IMG/VR virus record: IMGVR_UViG_3300048856_000029
Coordinates: 24,846-88,845 of that record
Length of the DNA stretch: 64,000 bases
Strand: one strand, 5' to 3'
Origin: a virus
In this document: piece by piece, positions 1-9,490 of the stretch
Position numbering within the stretch: position 1 is the stretch's first letter
Layout: each line of letters starts with the position of its first letter
Translations under genes and position numbers: made by a program
Notes under the pieces: model-generated
What the model was told of the DNA's origin: nothing
What the model saw: only the letters and a program-made list of their open reading frames with translations
Databases searched by the model: none

Positions 1-98
1 TGCGTGACGACCCGTTGATCGAGCAGATCGCCGCGATCTTCAACATCACCTCCGAGCAGATCGACGAAGCCTGGCGTTACGCAGAATCTCTTGGATAG
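1..98 (+). CDS. 3' end of an upstream gene, possibly a tail-fibre assembly/chaperone-type protein (partial)
   Basis: Frame from base 3 reads RDDPLIEQIAAIFNITSEQIDEAWRYAESLG*, resembling C-termini of phage tail-associated proteins. Confidence 0.45.
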   Translation, partial: RDDPLIEQIAAIFNITSEQIDEAWRYAESLG

Positions 99-103
99 AG
101 TGA

Positions 104-123
104 TCAGTCAGTGTTTACTTATC
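104..123 (-). promoter_or_regulatory. Repeated palindromic operator copy
   Basis: TCAGTCAGTGTTTACTTATC upstream of phoH. Confidence 0.75.
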
Positions 124-172
124 GACATGCTTTCGCGTAAACTGGTGGCATTCGCATACATCGGAGTTCACC

Positions 173-1015
173 ATGTCCAAGGCACGCACGTCCCGGTCCA
201 CTAACAGACAGGAGCGCCGCGGCGCCTCTGTGAAGCCGAACAAACACGCCAACCTGATCCTGAAGGCCATTGAGGAAACTCAGCGGAAGGAGTCCGTCAA
301 GCCGCGCGTCGAGCCCGTTCGTCCGCTCACTGACGGCCAGCGCGCCTATGATGCCGCCTTCAAGTCCTCGGACATCGTCTTTGGTATCGGCTGCGCCGGC
401 ACGGGCAAGACCTGGTTTGCTGTCCAGCGCGCGGTGGAAGCCTATAAGGACGGCCTGGTCAGCAAGATCTATGTCACCCGTCCGAACGTCGACGTGGAGC
501 GTGGCTTCGGCTTCCTGCCCGGCGAGCTGGACGAGAAGTATGCGCCATATCTGGTGCCGCTCGAGGAGGCGTTCGTTGAGGCATTCGGATCCACGCATTA
601 CGAGCTGCTGGTCAAGAACAAGGTGATCGAGCCGGTGCCGCTGGCCTTCATGCGCGGCCGTACCCTCAAGAACGCCTGGGTGATCGCCGACGAAATGCAG
701 AACGCCACGAAGGCCGAGTTCCTGATGTTTCTCACCCGTATCGGCGAGGGCAGCAAATACATCATCAACGGCGACCCGGCCCAGGTCGATCGCGGCATTC
801 GCTCCGGTCTGATGGACGCTGTGGGCAGGGTAGGGCGGCTGGCCGAAGCAAAGGTTATCCGCTTCACGGAGGAAGACGTCGTTCGCCATGACCTCGTGCA
901 GAAAATCGTAAATCTTTATGCAGAGCCGACACGTCCTGACTATTCAGTAGCTGACGACGATGAAAATCGCGCAGGACTGGAAAGAGTGTTGAATGTCGCA
1001 GGCAGCAGAAATTGA
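173..1015 (+). CDS. phoH: PhoH-like ATPase
   Basis: Walker A GCAGTGKT, TRPNV, GFLPG, FMRGRTL, DEMQN and GDPAQ PhoH motifs. Confidence 0.95.
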   Translation: MSKARTSRSTNRQERRGASVKPNKHANLILKAIEETQRKESVKPRVEPVRPLTDGQRAYDAAFKSSDIVFGIGCAGTGKTWFAVQRAVEAYKDGLVSKIYVTRPNVDVERGFGFLPGELDEKYAPYLVPLEEAFVEAFGSTHYELLVKNKVIEPVPLAFMRGRTLKNAWVIADEMQNATKAEFLMFLTRIGEGSKYIINGDPAQVDRGIRSGLMDAVGRVGRLAEAKVIRFTEEDVVRHDLVQKIVNLYAEPTRPDYSVADDDENRAGLERVLNVAGSRN

Positions 1016-1703
1016 ACGTGTAGACCCGCTTGAGGGCGATATCATCGCCTTCAAGCACATTGACAAGAATCTCCTGAAGCTGGAGCCGGAGCTGTTCCGG
1101 ACCAAGTGGTTTGATTATCGCATGATCACGCCGCTCCAGGCGACTGAGCTTTATGTCGAGGCCTTCGCGGAGATCTATCGTTCCTATTTCGCGGTCGAGA
1201 TCGACCGGCGCAATGCGCAGCACGTTCGCATCCCGAACTTCCCGACCGTGATCGCTGGCGTCGAGGCCGGCGATCGCAAGCGCAAGACCTTCTTTGCTGG
1301 TTGCTGGCGCGGCCGGCAGGTCGCTGATGCGCTCGGAATGCCCTACAAGGAGTTCATTCATACGGTGATGGGCTATCGGCTTCGCTTCTGGAGCCAGAAC
1401 CATCTGCCGCGCCCGCATCAGCTCTACAACATGGCCGATGTCGAGCGGACGCAGGAGCGCTGGCAGGAGATGCAGGCCGGTCGTCTCTATCTCGCCGAGC
1501 ATCCAGCCTACATGCTGGAGAACTATGCCGGCATCCAGCACCAGGACGACTATCACGAATGGCTGTTCGCCCAGGCCTATCTGCGGTCCAACCCGTTCGA
1601 AGCGATGGCGACCTTCGTCAATGACAACATTCTGCCGCTCTCCAAGGTGGAAGCACGGGTCGATGAAGACCTGATCGACCGCGTTCATCGTCATCTCCAA
1701 TAG
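993..1703 (+). CDS. Conserved phage hypothetical protein upstream of the helicase
   Basis: 236-aa ORF overlapping phoH, host-like codon usage, in operon. Confidence 0.75.
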   Translation: MSQAAEIERVDPLEGDIIAFKHIDKNLLKLEPELFRTKWFDYRMITPLQATELYVEAFAEIYRSYFAVEIDRRNAQHVRIPNFPTVIAGVEAGDRKRKTFFAGCWRGRQVADALGMPYKEFIHTVMGYRLRFWSQNHLPRPHQLYNMADVERTQERWQEMQAGRLYLAEHPAYMLENYAGIQHQDDYHEWLFAQAYLRSNPFEAMATFVNDNILPLSKVEARVDEDLIDRVHRHLQ

Positions 1704-1730
1704 CACTCCGCTCATTTCTTGCTATTTAGT

Positions 1731-1750
1731 GATAAGTCAATACTGAATGA
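1731..1750 (+). promoter_or_regulatory. Repeated operator copy just downstream of a TATTTA -10-like box
   Basis: GATAAGTCAATACTGAATGA. Confidence 0.8.
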
Positions 1751-3126
1751 CTGAAGGAGTATCGATGTCATCGCAGGAAGCAGATGAAACTGCACACGAA
1801 AGCGGAGACGCAGGGCAGGCGCAGTGGGAATTTGATGAGGGCTTTCAGAAGAAGATCGCCTCGCTGTTCCTGCGCGACTCCCGGTTCGCGAACCAGACCA
1901 AAGATCTGATCCAGGGGGAGTATTTCGCCAACACCGCGCATGGCATGCTGGTCGACCTAGTGAAAGACCATGTCGCTGTTCACAAGGCCGTGCCGGACCC
2001 GCGCATCCTTACGCAGCTCGTGAAAGACGCCAAGGCAGCGAAACGTGTCCGCGAGGACATGATTCCCGACATCAAGAAGATGATCGTGGACTCGATGAAG
2101 GCCGATCTTTCGAACGCCAGCTATGTCGTCGGAAAGGTCACTGACTTCGCCAAGCACCAGGCTATGGAGCAGGCGATAATCAAGAGCGTCGAGCTTTTGC
2201 AGCGCGGCGATTTCAAGGGCATCGAGAAGCTGCAGAAAGCAGCGCTTGCGGTTGGCGCCGACTCCGACGACGAGGGTGACTACCACTACTTCCGCGAGAT
2301 CGACAATCGCACACAGCTCCGCGAGGACTGGAAGGCCGGCAAGATCATCAAGCGCGGCATCTCGACGGGCTATTCCGAGATCGACGCGCACCTCTATCAC
2401 AACGGCTGGGGTCGGCGCGAACTGTCGCTGATGATGGGCGCTGCGAAGGCCGGCAAGTCCCTTTCGCTCGGGGAGTTCACCAAGAACGCCTCGCTGCTTG
2501 GTTTTAACACCGCCTATCTGTCGTGCGAAGTCTCGAAGGACATCATCGCAGACCGTCTCGACGCGAACCTCGCCGACACGGCGATGCGTCTGCTGAAGGA
2601 CGATCCGCAGACGGTCAGGGCCAGGATCAAGGCGGCCGAGAAAGCTGCCGGCGAGTTGATCATCCGCGACTTCGCGTCTGGCACACTGAAGCCGTCGAAG
2701 GTCAAGCGCCTGCTCGAAAAATGGCGCGCAGAAGGCATCACCATCGATCTGCTGGCTATCGACTATGCCGACATCATGGCCGCGGAATATCGCTCCGACA
2801 ACACGATCGACAACCTGCGCTCGATCTACATCGATATCCGCGCAATCGCCTATGAAGAAGACCTGGCGCTGCTGTCTGCTACGCAGACGAACCGATCCGG
2901 CGCGGCTGCTCATACGGCCAAGATGACCGACGTCGCCGAAGACTTCAACAAGATCAGAACCGCTGACGTGGTCATCGGCATCAACGCTACCGATGCCGAA
3001 AAGCAGTCCGGCGAAGCGCGTCTGCATTGGGTCGCGTCGCGTAACTCGGAAGACGGCATGTCGCTGCGCATCCGACAGGACCGCGAGAAGCTCAAGTTCC
3101 TCACCAAAGTCCTCGGGAGGGTATGA
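1747..3126 (+). CDS. Replicative DNA helicase, DnaB/gp41-like (true start may be ATG 1765)
   Basis: STGYSEID, Walker A GAAKAGKS, SCEVS, IDYADIM, ATQTNR, SF4 helicase layout. Confidence 0.92.
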   Translation: MTEGVSMSSQEADETAHESGDAGQAQWEFDEGFQKKIASLFLRDSRFANQTKDLIQGEYFANTAHGMLVDLVKDHVAVHKAVPDPRILTQLVKDAKAAKRVREDMIPDIKKMIVDSMKADLSNASYVVGKVTDFAKHQAMEQAIIKSVELLQRGDFKGIEKLQKAALAVGADSDDEGDYHYFREIDNRTQLREDWKAGKIIKRGISTGYSEIDAHLYHNGWGRRELSLMMGAAKAGKSLSLGEFTKNASLLGFNTAYLSCEVSKDIIADRLDANLADTAMRLLKDDPQTVRARIKAAEKAAGELIIRDFASGTLKPSKVKRLLEKWRAEGITIDLLAIDYADIMAAEYRSDNTIDNLRSIYIDIRAIAYEEDLALLSATQTNRSGAAAHTAKMTDVAEDFNKIRTADVVIGINATDAEKQSGEARLHWVASRNSEDGMSLRIRQDREKLKFLTKVLGRV

Positions 3127-3127
3127 C

Positions 3128-4249
3128 GTGTCAGCCGAGATCTTCCAGGAGATCAAGGAGAACCTCGATCTGGAGTTCTTCTTCGACCGCGAGAGCCTCG
3201 CCTTCAAGATGGGGCGCGGCGCTTCAGGTATGCAGATCAACGCCAAGGACTGCCCCGAATGTGGTGACGGTCGCTGGCGCGTCTATCTCAATGCCGACTC
3301 CGGTCTTGGCAATTGCTTCGTCTGCAACGCACCCTTCAACAAGCTCACCTTCATCAAGAAGACCTATGGGCACGAGAGCTGGAAGGATACGATCAAAGTC
3401 TGTCAGGAGGTCATGCGTGACCAGGGCTGGCGTCCGAAGCGCATCGCAACCGTCGCGGTCGATCCCGGCGAGGTGAGACTGCCACATTCGATCGAGCTGC
3501 CCACGCCTGAAGGTGAGAACCTGCAGTATCTCGAAACGCGCGGCGTCACTGGCGAATATGCCCAGTATTTCCGCTTTCGCTGGTGCGAGTTCGGATTCTG
3601 GCAGTTCACCGACGACGATGGCACCAAGAAGATCCAGAAGTTCGACAATCGGGTGATCATCCCGGTCTACGACCTCGACGGCACGTTGAAGACCTTCCAG
3701 GGGCGCGACCTGGCGCCGCCCTTGACCAAGGTGCAGAAGGAGCTCGGTTTCTTCGAGCGACAGAAATACCTCTTCCCGAAGGGTTTGCCTGGCACCGGCC
3801 GCTATCTCTACAACGGCCAGAACGTCATCAGGACGGATGAGATCGCGATGGGTGAGGGGGCTTTCGACGTTGCGGCCATCAAGATCGCCTTCGACGAGGA
3901 CGTCAACCTGCGCCGCGTCGTGCCCGTCGGCTCATTCGGCAAGCACCTGTCCTACGGATCACCGACCGGTGACGATCAGATAGGCCGGCTGCTGATCCTC
4001 AAGCGACAGGGCGTCAAGAAGCTGACGATCATGTGGGATGGCGAGGAGAAGGCATTGATCGCTGCCCTCGACGCAGCCAAGCGCGCGACATCGATCGGGC
4101 TCAAGGCCTACATTGCGCTGCTCCCGCCTGGCAAAGACCCGAACGAGGTGCCGGGCGAAGTCGTGCGCGACGCCTACTACAAGGCGACCCTCTGGACGCC
4201 GGCGATCGACGTTAAATGGAGATTGCGCAATCCCTACGCGGTGAAGTGA
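3128..4249 (+). CDS. DNA primase (Zn finger + Toprim)
   Basis: GTG at 3128 just after the helicase stop; CPEC...CFVC zinc finger, NRVIIPVYD, GEGAFD, MWDGE and KDPNE Toprim motifs. Confidence 0.9.
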   Translation: MSAEIFQEIKENLDLEFFFDRESLAFKMGRGASGMQINAKDCPECGDGRWRVYLNADSGLGNCFVCNAPFNKLTFIKKTYGHESWKDTIKVCQEVMRDQGWRPKRIATVAVDPGEVRLPHSIELPTPEGENLQYLETRGVTGEYAQYFRFRWCEFGFWQFTDDDGTKKIQKFDNRVIIPVYDLDGTLKTFQGRDLAPPLTKVQKELGFFERQKYLFPKGLPGTGRYLYNGQNVIRTDEIAMGEGAFDVAAIKIAFDEDVNLRRVVPVGSFGKHLSYGSPTGDDQIGRLLILKRQGVKKLTIMWDGEEKALIAALDAAKRATSIGLKAYIALLPPGKDPNEVPGEVVRDAYYKATLWTPAIDVKWRLRNPYAVK

Positions 4250-4265
4250 AGCGTAGAAGAGGTAT

Positions 4266-4284
4266 TCAGTCAGTATTGACTATC
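4266..4284 (-). promoter_or_regulatory. Repeated operator copy
   Basis: TCAGTCAGTATTGACTATC. Confidence 0.75.
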
Positions 4285-4340
4285 ACCCCAAAGCAGAAAC
4301 AGCTATCAAAGCAACAGAGAGAAAACAGAAAGCGAAAACA

Positions 4341-4886
4341 ATGAGTTATCCGATTGACTTTGCGCAGGTGCGCTTGGATTTCAAGGGCGGCAACTCCGAC
4401 AAATTTTACTATCTCACCATGCTGGCGAACAAGGACGGCAAGGCGATTGTCATTCGTCGTTTCGGCCGCAACAAGGCAGGCGCCTTCGGTGAAATGAAGA
4501 TCGACACCTTCGAGAGCCAGATCAAGGCCGAGAAGGAGTTCGAGAAGCTCTATGACGAGAAGACCCGCAAGGGCTACTCAGTCACGGGCTCACCTCAGAA
4601 TATAGCGGCTGGAGATCAGGCCAGTCTGCGCATAGCCGTCGGCCCGGCTGTCTGGAGCAAGTTGCCGCCATCGGCGATCCAACACCTCGATCTCCGCATC
4701 CCGACCGACGGGCGCAAGGAATTGGGTGACACCCGCTTTGACGAAAACGGCAAATTCGTCGGCGAACCAAAGCCGAAGACCTTTTCGGCCGAGGAGATCG
4801 CCGAAGCACGCCGGCTCGAGCAGGAAGAGGCGCAGCGCGAAGCTGAAAAGGCCTATGCCGGGAACTCGCTCTATGGCCGCTTCTGA
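4341..4886 (+). CDS. WGR-domain protein with C-terminal YGRF tail
   Basis: SDKFY...RRFGR...AEKEFEKLYDEKTRKGY WGR pattern; ends YAGNSLYGRF*. Confidence 0.8.
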   Translation: MSYPIDFAQVRLDFKGGNSDKFYYLTMLANKDGKAIVIRRFGRNKAGAFGEMKIDTFESQIKAEKEFEKLYDEKTRKGYSVTGSPQNIAAGDQASLRIAVGPAVWSKLPPSAIQHLDLRIPTDGRKELGDTRFDENGKFVGEPKPKTFSAEEIAEARRLEQEEAQREAEKAYAGNSLYGRF

Positions 4887-5145
4887 CCTTCTCGGCGGCC
4901 TGTATCTGCGTGTTCACGAATGGCCGCGCGCTGATTTCAAGGATCTGCAGCAGGCGCTGATCACCGAGCTGGTGATGCGGGAAGACCTCGAGGATCTGAT
5001 TGGCGAGTTCACCGATCCTCACGACAGGACCGAGGCTCGCATCCGTGTATCGATCAGGCGCGCTCAACGACAACAGCACCGAAACGAGGTCGAGCGACAA
5101 AAGTCCGCCGATCCGAAATACGGCAAACTCTACGGGAGATTTTGA
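4873..5145 (+). CDS. Hypothetical protein with C-terminal YGRF tail
   Basis: ATG at 4873 overlaps the upstream gene end; ends DPKYGKLYGRF*; TGATG-coupled to the next gene. Confidence 0.65.
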   Translation: MAASDLLGGLYLRVHEWPRADFKDLQQALITELVMREDLEDLIGEFTDPHDRTEARIRVSIRRAQRQQHRNEVERQKSADPKYGKLYGRF

Positions 5146-5771
5146 TGGCCCTCTATCTCAGCCTATCGATGAAGAACCAGTTCCAATTCGTATGCCCCAT
5201 CTTCAACGCCAAGACCAAGATGGCCGCTTGCGTCATGCTCCGCGACCGCGTCTGGGCGGGATTCCGACCCGAGAAGCGCAAGGCGTGCCAGGTTGCGATG
5301 GACTGCTCCATGTGCCCGGTCGTCGCGATGGTCAAGAACATGGGCATGATCAATGGCGAGCTCACGTCCGATGATTACGGCTCACTTGAACCGAAGGTCG
5401 GCCGGCTGCACGCCGATATCCTCGAGCGGATCAAGAACATCATTCCCATTCCGTCGATCTTGAAGAAGGCGGATATCACGGCCGAGGAACGTCAGCTTTT
5501 GCTGACCACTCGCGGCCGGATCGAGGATCAGCTCAGGACTGCGCCTGGCCGTAACGGCAAGGCAACCGCCTACATCGCGCCGCAGAAGATCACGTCCTCA
5601 TTCACCTCCTTGCAATCGGCTTCGAAACGCGGCCGCAGGGACGAGGATCAGATCGACCAGACGGTCGAGACGCCGACCAGGCGCACCAAACCGACCCCCA
5701 CCAACAACATGATCAACGAGGCTGCGAGAACCGGCGATATGAGCGCCGCAATCAACGCCGCAGCAGCATAG
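5145..5771 (+). CDS. Cys-rich hypothetical protein with GDMSAAIN tail motif
   Basis: CPIF, CVM, CQVAMDCSMCP; ends EAARTGDMSAAINAAAA. Confidence 0.75.
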   Translation: MALYLSLSMKNQFQFVCPIFNAKTKMAACVMLRDRVWAGFRPEKRKACQVAMDCSMCPVVAMVKNMGMINGELTSDDYGSLEPKVGRLHADILERIKNIIPIPSILKKADITAEERQLLLTTRGRIEDQLRTAPGRNGKATAYIAPQKITSSFTSLQSASKRGRRDEDQIDQTVETPTRRTKPTPTNNMINEAARTGDMSAAINAAAA

Positions 5772-5779
5772 GAGAAGAC

Positions 5780-7315
5780 ATGAACGCTGCCGAAGCATTG
5801 GAGCGAATTAACGAAATCGCTAACGCAGGAGGTCGCAACGAAAAGCAAACGCTGCTCGCCGGCTTGCTGCAGGACGATCTCGGTCAATTCATCATCAAGT
5901 GGACCTACGATCCGTTCATCACCTACGGCGTTAAGGTCAAGAAGCTGCCGACCTATGCGCAGGAAGGGCCGGTCGAATTTACTGACAAGGTGGTCGAGCG
6001 CGTCCTGACGCAGCTTTCCACCCGCGAGCTGTCCGGTAACGCCGCGAAGGATGAAATCGAGATGTTGTTTGGCGGGCTGGACAATGCCGGCCGCGATCTG
6101 CTGTTTCGCATTCTGAGCAAGGATCTGAAGGCAGGTATCGCCAATTCGACGATCGAAGCCGTCATGCCGGGTTTCCTGCCGACCTTCGGCGTCATGCGCG
6201 CCCATCCTTACGAGGAAAAGCGGGTTATGCAGTTTCCGGTCCCGGTCGAGCCGAAGCTCGACGGAATGCGCTGCACCTTTATTGCGAAAGACGGGAAGGG
6301 GGCTTTCTTCACTCGCTCCGGCAAGGCGATTGAAAGCCTGCAATACCTGGCGAAGCCCTTGCTCGACGCCGCGTCGTTGATCGAGGCGCACGCAGCATCT
6401 GCCGAAGTCGACGACCACTATCGCAACCTCGCCAACTATCTGTTCGGCAGGGATGAAATGCCTGCCTTTGTGCTCGATACGGAGTCGATGAACGGGTTGT
6501 TTGCAAATTCCGGTGCCCTGCGCCGTAAGGGCGAGGAAGCCCGCGACGCCGAGCTGCACGCCTTCGACATTCTGCCCTATGATGGCTTTTTCGGCAGTGC
6601 CTCCTTCCTGGTGCCGTGGGAACAGCGCCGTGCTTTGCTTGAAACCTTCGTTAGCCAGGTCCGCGAGTTCACCCGGGCGCCGGTCTATGCGACCGAGATC
6701 TATGAGGCGAACTCGCACGAGGAGATCGAGGCCCTTTACGAGCGCATGATCAACCGAACGCTCGCCAACTATCTCGCCCGCGGGGACCAGGAGCGCGAGA
6801 AGGAGCTGGAGAAGATCACGGTGGACGACGCGACCGGCGAGCTGAAGTGCCTCGAGGGCGCGATGGTCAAAACCTATGACGGCGCCTACGAGAAGAAGAA
6901 ATCCTACACCTGGCTGAAGATCAAACCCGAGGACACAATCGACCTTTTCATCGTCGGCTTCTTCAACGGTGAGGAGAATAGCGAGAACGAAAACCGCATG
7001 GGCGGCGCGATCGTTGATCATAAAGGCGTCAACGTGCGCGTAGGCGGTGGCTGGAAAAGCAAGGAGCGCGAAGAACTCTGGGAAGACTGGTGCCACGACG
7101 CCAATATTCTGGGCATCGATCCGCATGTCGGCTTCAAACCTGGCTGGTCGACCTCGTTCGAACAGATCCAGCGTCACGCTCATCGCTTCAAGTTCCTCGG
7201 CCGCATGACCGAGTTGGAGTTCAACGAGGTTACGCCTGACGGCTCGCTGCGCCACCCGCGCCAGAAGCGCTTCCGCGATGACAAGGCCGGCGAGGTATTG
7301 CGGGAAGCCGCGTAA
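5780..7315 (+). CDS. ATP-dependent DNA ligase (T4 gp30-like)
   Basis: Motif I EPKLDGMRC, TRSGK, EGAMVK, WLKIKP, SLRHPR. Confidence 0.93.
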   Translation: MNAAEALERINEIANAGGRNEKQTLLAGLLQDDLGQFIIKWTYDPFITYGVKVKKLPTYAQEGPVEFTDKVVERVLTQLSTRELSGNAAKDEIEMLFGGLDNAGRDLLFRILSKDLKAGIANSTIEAVMPGFLPTFGVMRAHPYEEKRVMQFPVPVEPKLDGMRCTFIAKDGKGAFFTRSGKAIESLQYLAKPLLDAASLIEAHAASAEVDDHYRNLANYLFGRDEMPAFVLDTESMNGLFANSGALRRKGEEARDAELHAFDILPYDGFFGSASFLVPWEQRRALLETFVSQVREFTRAPVYATEIYEANSHEEIEALYERMINRTLANYLARGDQEREKELEKITVDDATGELKCLEGAMVKTYDGAYEKKKSYTWLKIKPEDTIDLFIVGFFNGEENSENENRMGGAIVDHKGVNVRVGGGWKSKEREELWEDWCHDANILGIDPHVGFKPGWSTSFEQIQRHAHRFKFLGRMTELEFNEVTPDGSLRHPRQKRFRDDKAGEVLREAA

Positions 7316-7391
7316 GTTTTCCGACGCACGCCGACTCCAGCTTACTATTATATAGCTGACGACATTGTCGTTTTGTCTCTCTCTCAACTAA

Positions 7392-7419
7392 GGGCGATCC
7401 TCACGGATCGCCCATTTTT
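7392..7419 (+). terminator. Rho-independent terminator after the ligase operon
   Basis: GGGCGATCC-tcac-GGATCGCCC followed by ATTTTT. Confidence 0.8.
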
Positions 7420-7504
7420 ATTACTCCGATTTAGGTAGATTTAGGGCTATTGCTGCAACCCAAGGTCGGGCGCATCATCTTCCTTTATGCCAAGGGAGGA
7501 CGCC

Positions 7505-8014
7505 ATGGGTATCGCTGTTTCGCGAGCAGGCATCGCCGTGCTCATAAGTTTGCTGGCTCAGCCAGCGTCGGCCGATTTTTGGAAAGACATCAATCCGCTC
7601 AGACCTATAACGCCGAACTGGGGACCACTCATCCCCAGGCCTAAGACTCCGGGCGAGGTTCTTCCTCCATGTTGGGGGAGCCCGCAGACCTGTCGCCCTG
7701 ACCACCCTTCGATGAGAGGAGATCAGCCTCGGTATCAACCGTATCAACAGCCGGTCGTTCGTACTTCAGCGAACGCGGTGTGTGTTTGTCTCGAGCGCGA
7801 TGGGCGCTTGGTCGCATGGTTCAACTATCGCCCCTCTGGATATGGCTCGGCGCCAAGACTCCATGTCTCGGCGCAAGGGTGCGATGGGTTCATTCAATGC
7901 AATTACCAATACTACACCAGGTTTAACTCAAGCATCCGAACGATCGGGTGGAGCTATCGTCAAAACACTCTCAACGGTCACACCATCTATCTGTTGACGG
8001 GACTTAAAGAGTAG
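7505..8014 (+). CDS. Putative exported accessory protein (moron)
   Basis: AGGGAGGA RBS, hydrophobic signal peptide ending PASA, Pro-rich then Cys-containing domain, lower GC. Confidence 0.6.
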   Translation: MGIAVSRAGIAVLISLLAQPASADFWKDINPLRPITPNWGPLIPRPKTPGEVLPPCWGSPQTCRPDHPSMRGDQPRYQPYQQPVVRTSANAVCVCLERDGRLVAWFNYRPSGYGSAPRLHVSAQGCDGFIQCNYQYYTRFNSSIRTIGWSYRQNTLNGHTIYLLTGLKE

Positions 8015-8021
8015 CGGGACC

Positions 8022-9131
8022 TCATCGACTTCGCCGCGCGATTTCATCAGTCAGATTGACCTTGCCTTCGCGGACAAGCCTGATCATCGCACGGTAATAT
8101 CCGCCCACATTCTTGATGGGATCCGCGCCAGGCGCCGGGGTTAGCTGCAGTTGCACCACATAGACGAGGACAGCCGCGGCCAGCAGCGGGCCAACCGCGC
8201 CGCGGGCCTCCTCCCAAGCCGACGGGCTGACGCCGAAGCCGCCCCGCATTCGCTCCACATTACCCACAAACTCCCGGTCGTTCCGCGCCGGTCCCACAAA
8301 CTCCATCGCATCCGGGCAGGATCTCGCCAAATCGCCGGCGTTCAAACCCGGGGCAGGCCGTTCCCGCCCCTCCATAACTCCTAAGCCGTTGTTACAAGAC
8401 TCATCAGGGGCATATTTGTTGTTGTCTTTGTGCCGGCAAGAATTGCCGCCACAGGCGGTATAATACAGTGCTTCGGCCTCTTCCCTGACTGCCTGCCACT
8501 CCTGTCGGAACGGATCGGCCAGTCCCGCGGTCGATCGCCGCGGTGTGACTCTGGCGAGCTCGATGGCGCGCTTCGTCAGTTCAGCAATATCTTGCTCGGG
8601 AAAATGCTCGGCGATAGCCCTGAGCGCTTCCTGGGCTGCCCTGCGATGAATCGTAAGCTCATCGAAGGCCAGCGATCGTTCGCGCTTCAAATCGTCCAGC
8701 GCCTGCTTGCGGGCGCGCAGCTCCTGGACCTGATTGAGAAGAGGGGAGAGGTCAAAGCCATAGGCCCGGATGATCTGCCCGTTTGCCGCTCTCTGCGCGA
8801 ACCTTTTGCCGTTCGGTGAATCCTTAGAGCAGACGACGCCCAAGGAAATCAGTTGACGAAGGCAGAAACGTAGAGTCCGGTCAGGAATTCCCGTGCTCTG
8901 CGAAAGGAATTCGTTCGAGGGCCAGACAAGGATTCGACCCTCGATCGGCTGATTTCCATAGACCCCAACAAGGTGATCAAGGATTTGTCGGCATTTGGAC
9001 GTCAAATTCAAGACCTCGCCGGCGAGCCGGGCAGCCTCGAATAGTTCTTTCTTTTCAGTGGTTAGCGGTTCGCTGTTATCCGGGACAATAGGATTCAGCG
9101 CACGCCAGCCGGTAGACTGCGCGTTCCTCAT
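8022..9131 (-). CDS. repC: RepC-type plasmid replication initiator (repABC/repC family)
   Basis: VWPSN, DSPNGKRF, AYGFDLSPLL N-terminal motifs and IKNVGGYYRAM C-terminal motif; ATG 9131 (alternative GTG 9170). Confidence 0.93.
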   Translation of the reverse strand: MRNAQSTGWRALNPIVPDNSEPLTTEKKELFEAARLAGEVLNLTSKCRQILDHLVGVYGNQPIEGRILVWPSNEFLSQSTGIPDRTLRFCLRQLISLGVVCSKDSPNGKRFAQRAANGQIIRAYGFDLSPLLNQVQELRARKQALDDLKRERSLAFDELTIHRRAAQEALRAIAEHFPEQDIAELTKRAIELARVTPRRSTAGLADPFRQEWQAVREEAEALYYTACGGNSCRHKDNNKYAPDESCNNGLGVMEGRERPAPGLNAGDLARSCPDAMEFVGPARNDREFVGNVERMRGGFGVSPSAWEEARGAVGPLLAAAVLVYVVQLQLTPAPGADPIKNVGGYYRAMIRLVREGKVNLTDEIARRSR

Positions 9132-9183
9132 GATTATTTCCTTATCACGAGGCAAAGCGATGCCGTTCACTTCCGAAGAAGTG

Positions 9184-9285
9184 TTGACAAATCACTGGTG
9201 ATTCGGGATAACCAAGGTGCGAAGATGGTTTAATCACCAGTCACTATTTAAAGGCCTCGGGACGCCAATCCTGGGGCCTTTTGCT
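9184..9285 (+). ncRNA. ctRNA (repC antisense RNA) with its promoter and terminator
   Basis: TTGACA at 9184, GATAAC 17 bp later, terminator stem AAAGGCCTCGGGA/TCCTGGGGCCTTT (9250-9281), antisense to the repC leader as in repABC plasmids. Confidence 0.75.
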
Positions 9286-9289
9286 TTGC

Positions 9290-9490
9290 CTACTTGTTTT
9301 CCTCCAAGAAGCGTTGGACTGCTGCCGCGATCACTTCGGAGCGATTGCGGTAGATGCCGGTCTTGACCACGGTGTCGAGCTGCTGCTTCAGATCCGCCTC
9401 AACCCAGATGTTGACTTGGCTCCTACCTTCAGCGGCCTTAGCCTGTCGGTAACGAATTGCTGGTGTGATGCGTTGGTTTTCGAGACCCAT
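9290..9490 (-). CDS. Ribbon-helix-helix (CopG/Arc-like) regulator
   Basis: QVNIWV...LKQQLD...YRNRSEVIAAAVQRFL; ATG 9490 (track start 9556). Confidence 0.75.
   Translation of the reverse strand: MGLENQRITPAIRYRQAKAAEGRSQVNIWVEADLKQQLDTVVKTGIYRNRSEVIAAAVQRFLEENK

Noticed and set aside
2993-3127. Track start of the primase at 2993
   Set aside because: It overlaps the helicase by over 130 nt; GTG 3128 just after the helicase stop is more plausible.
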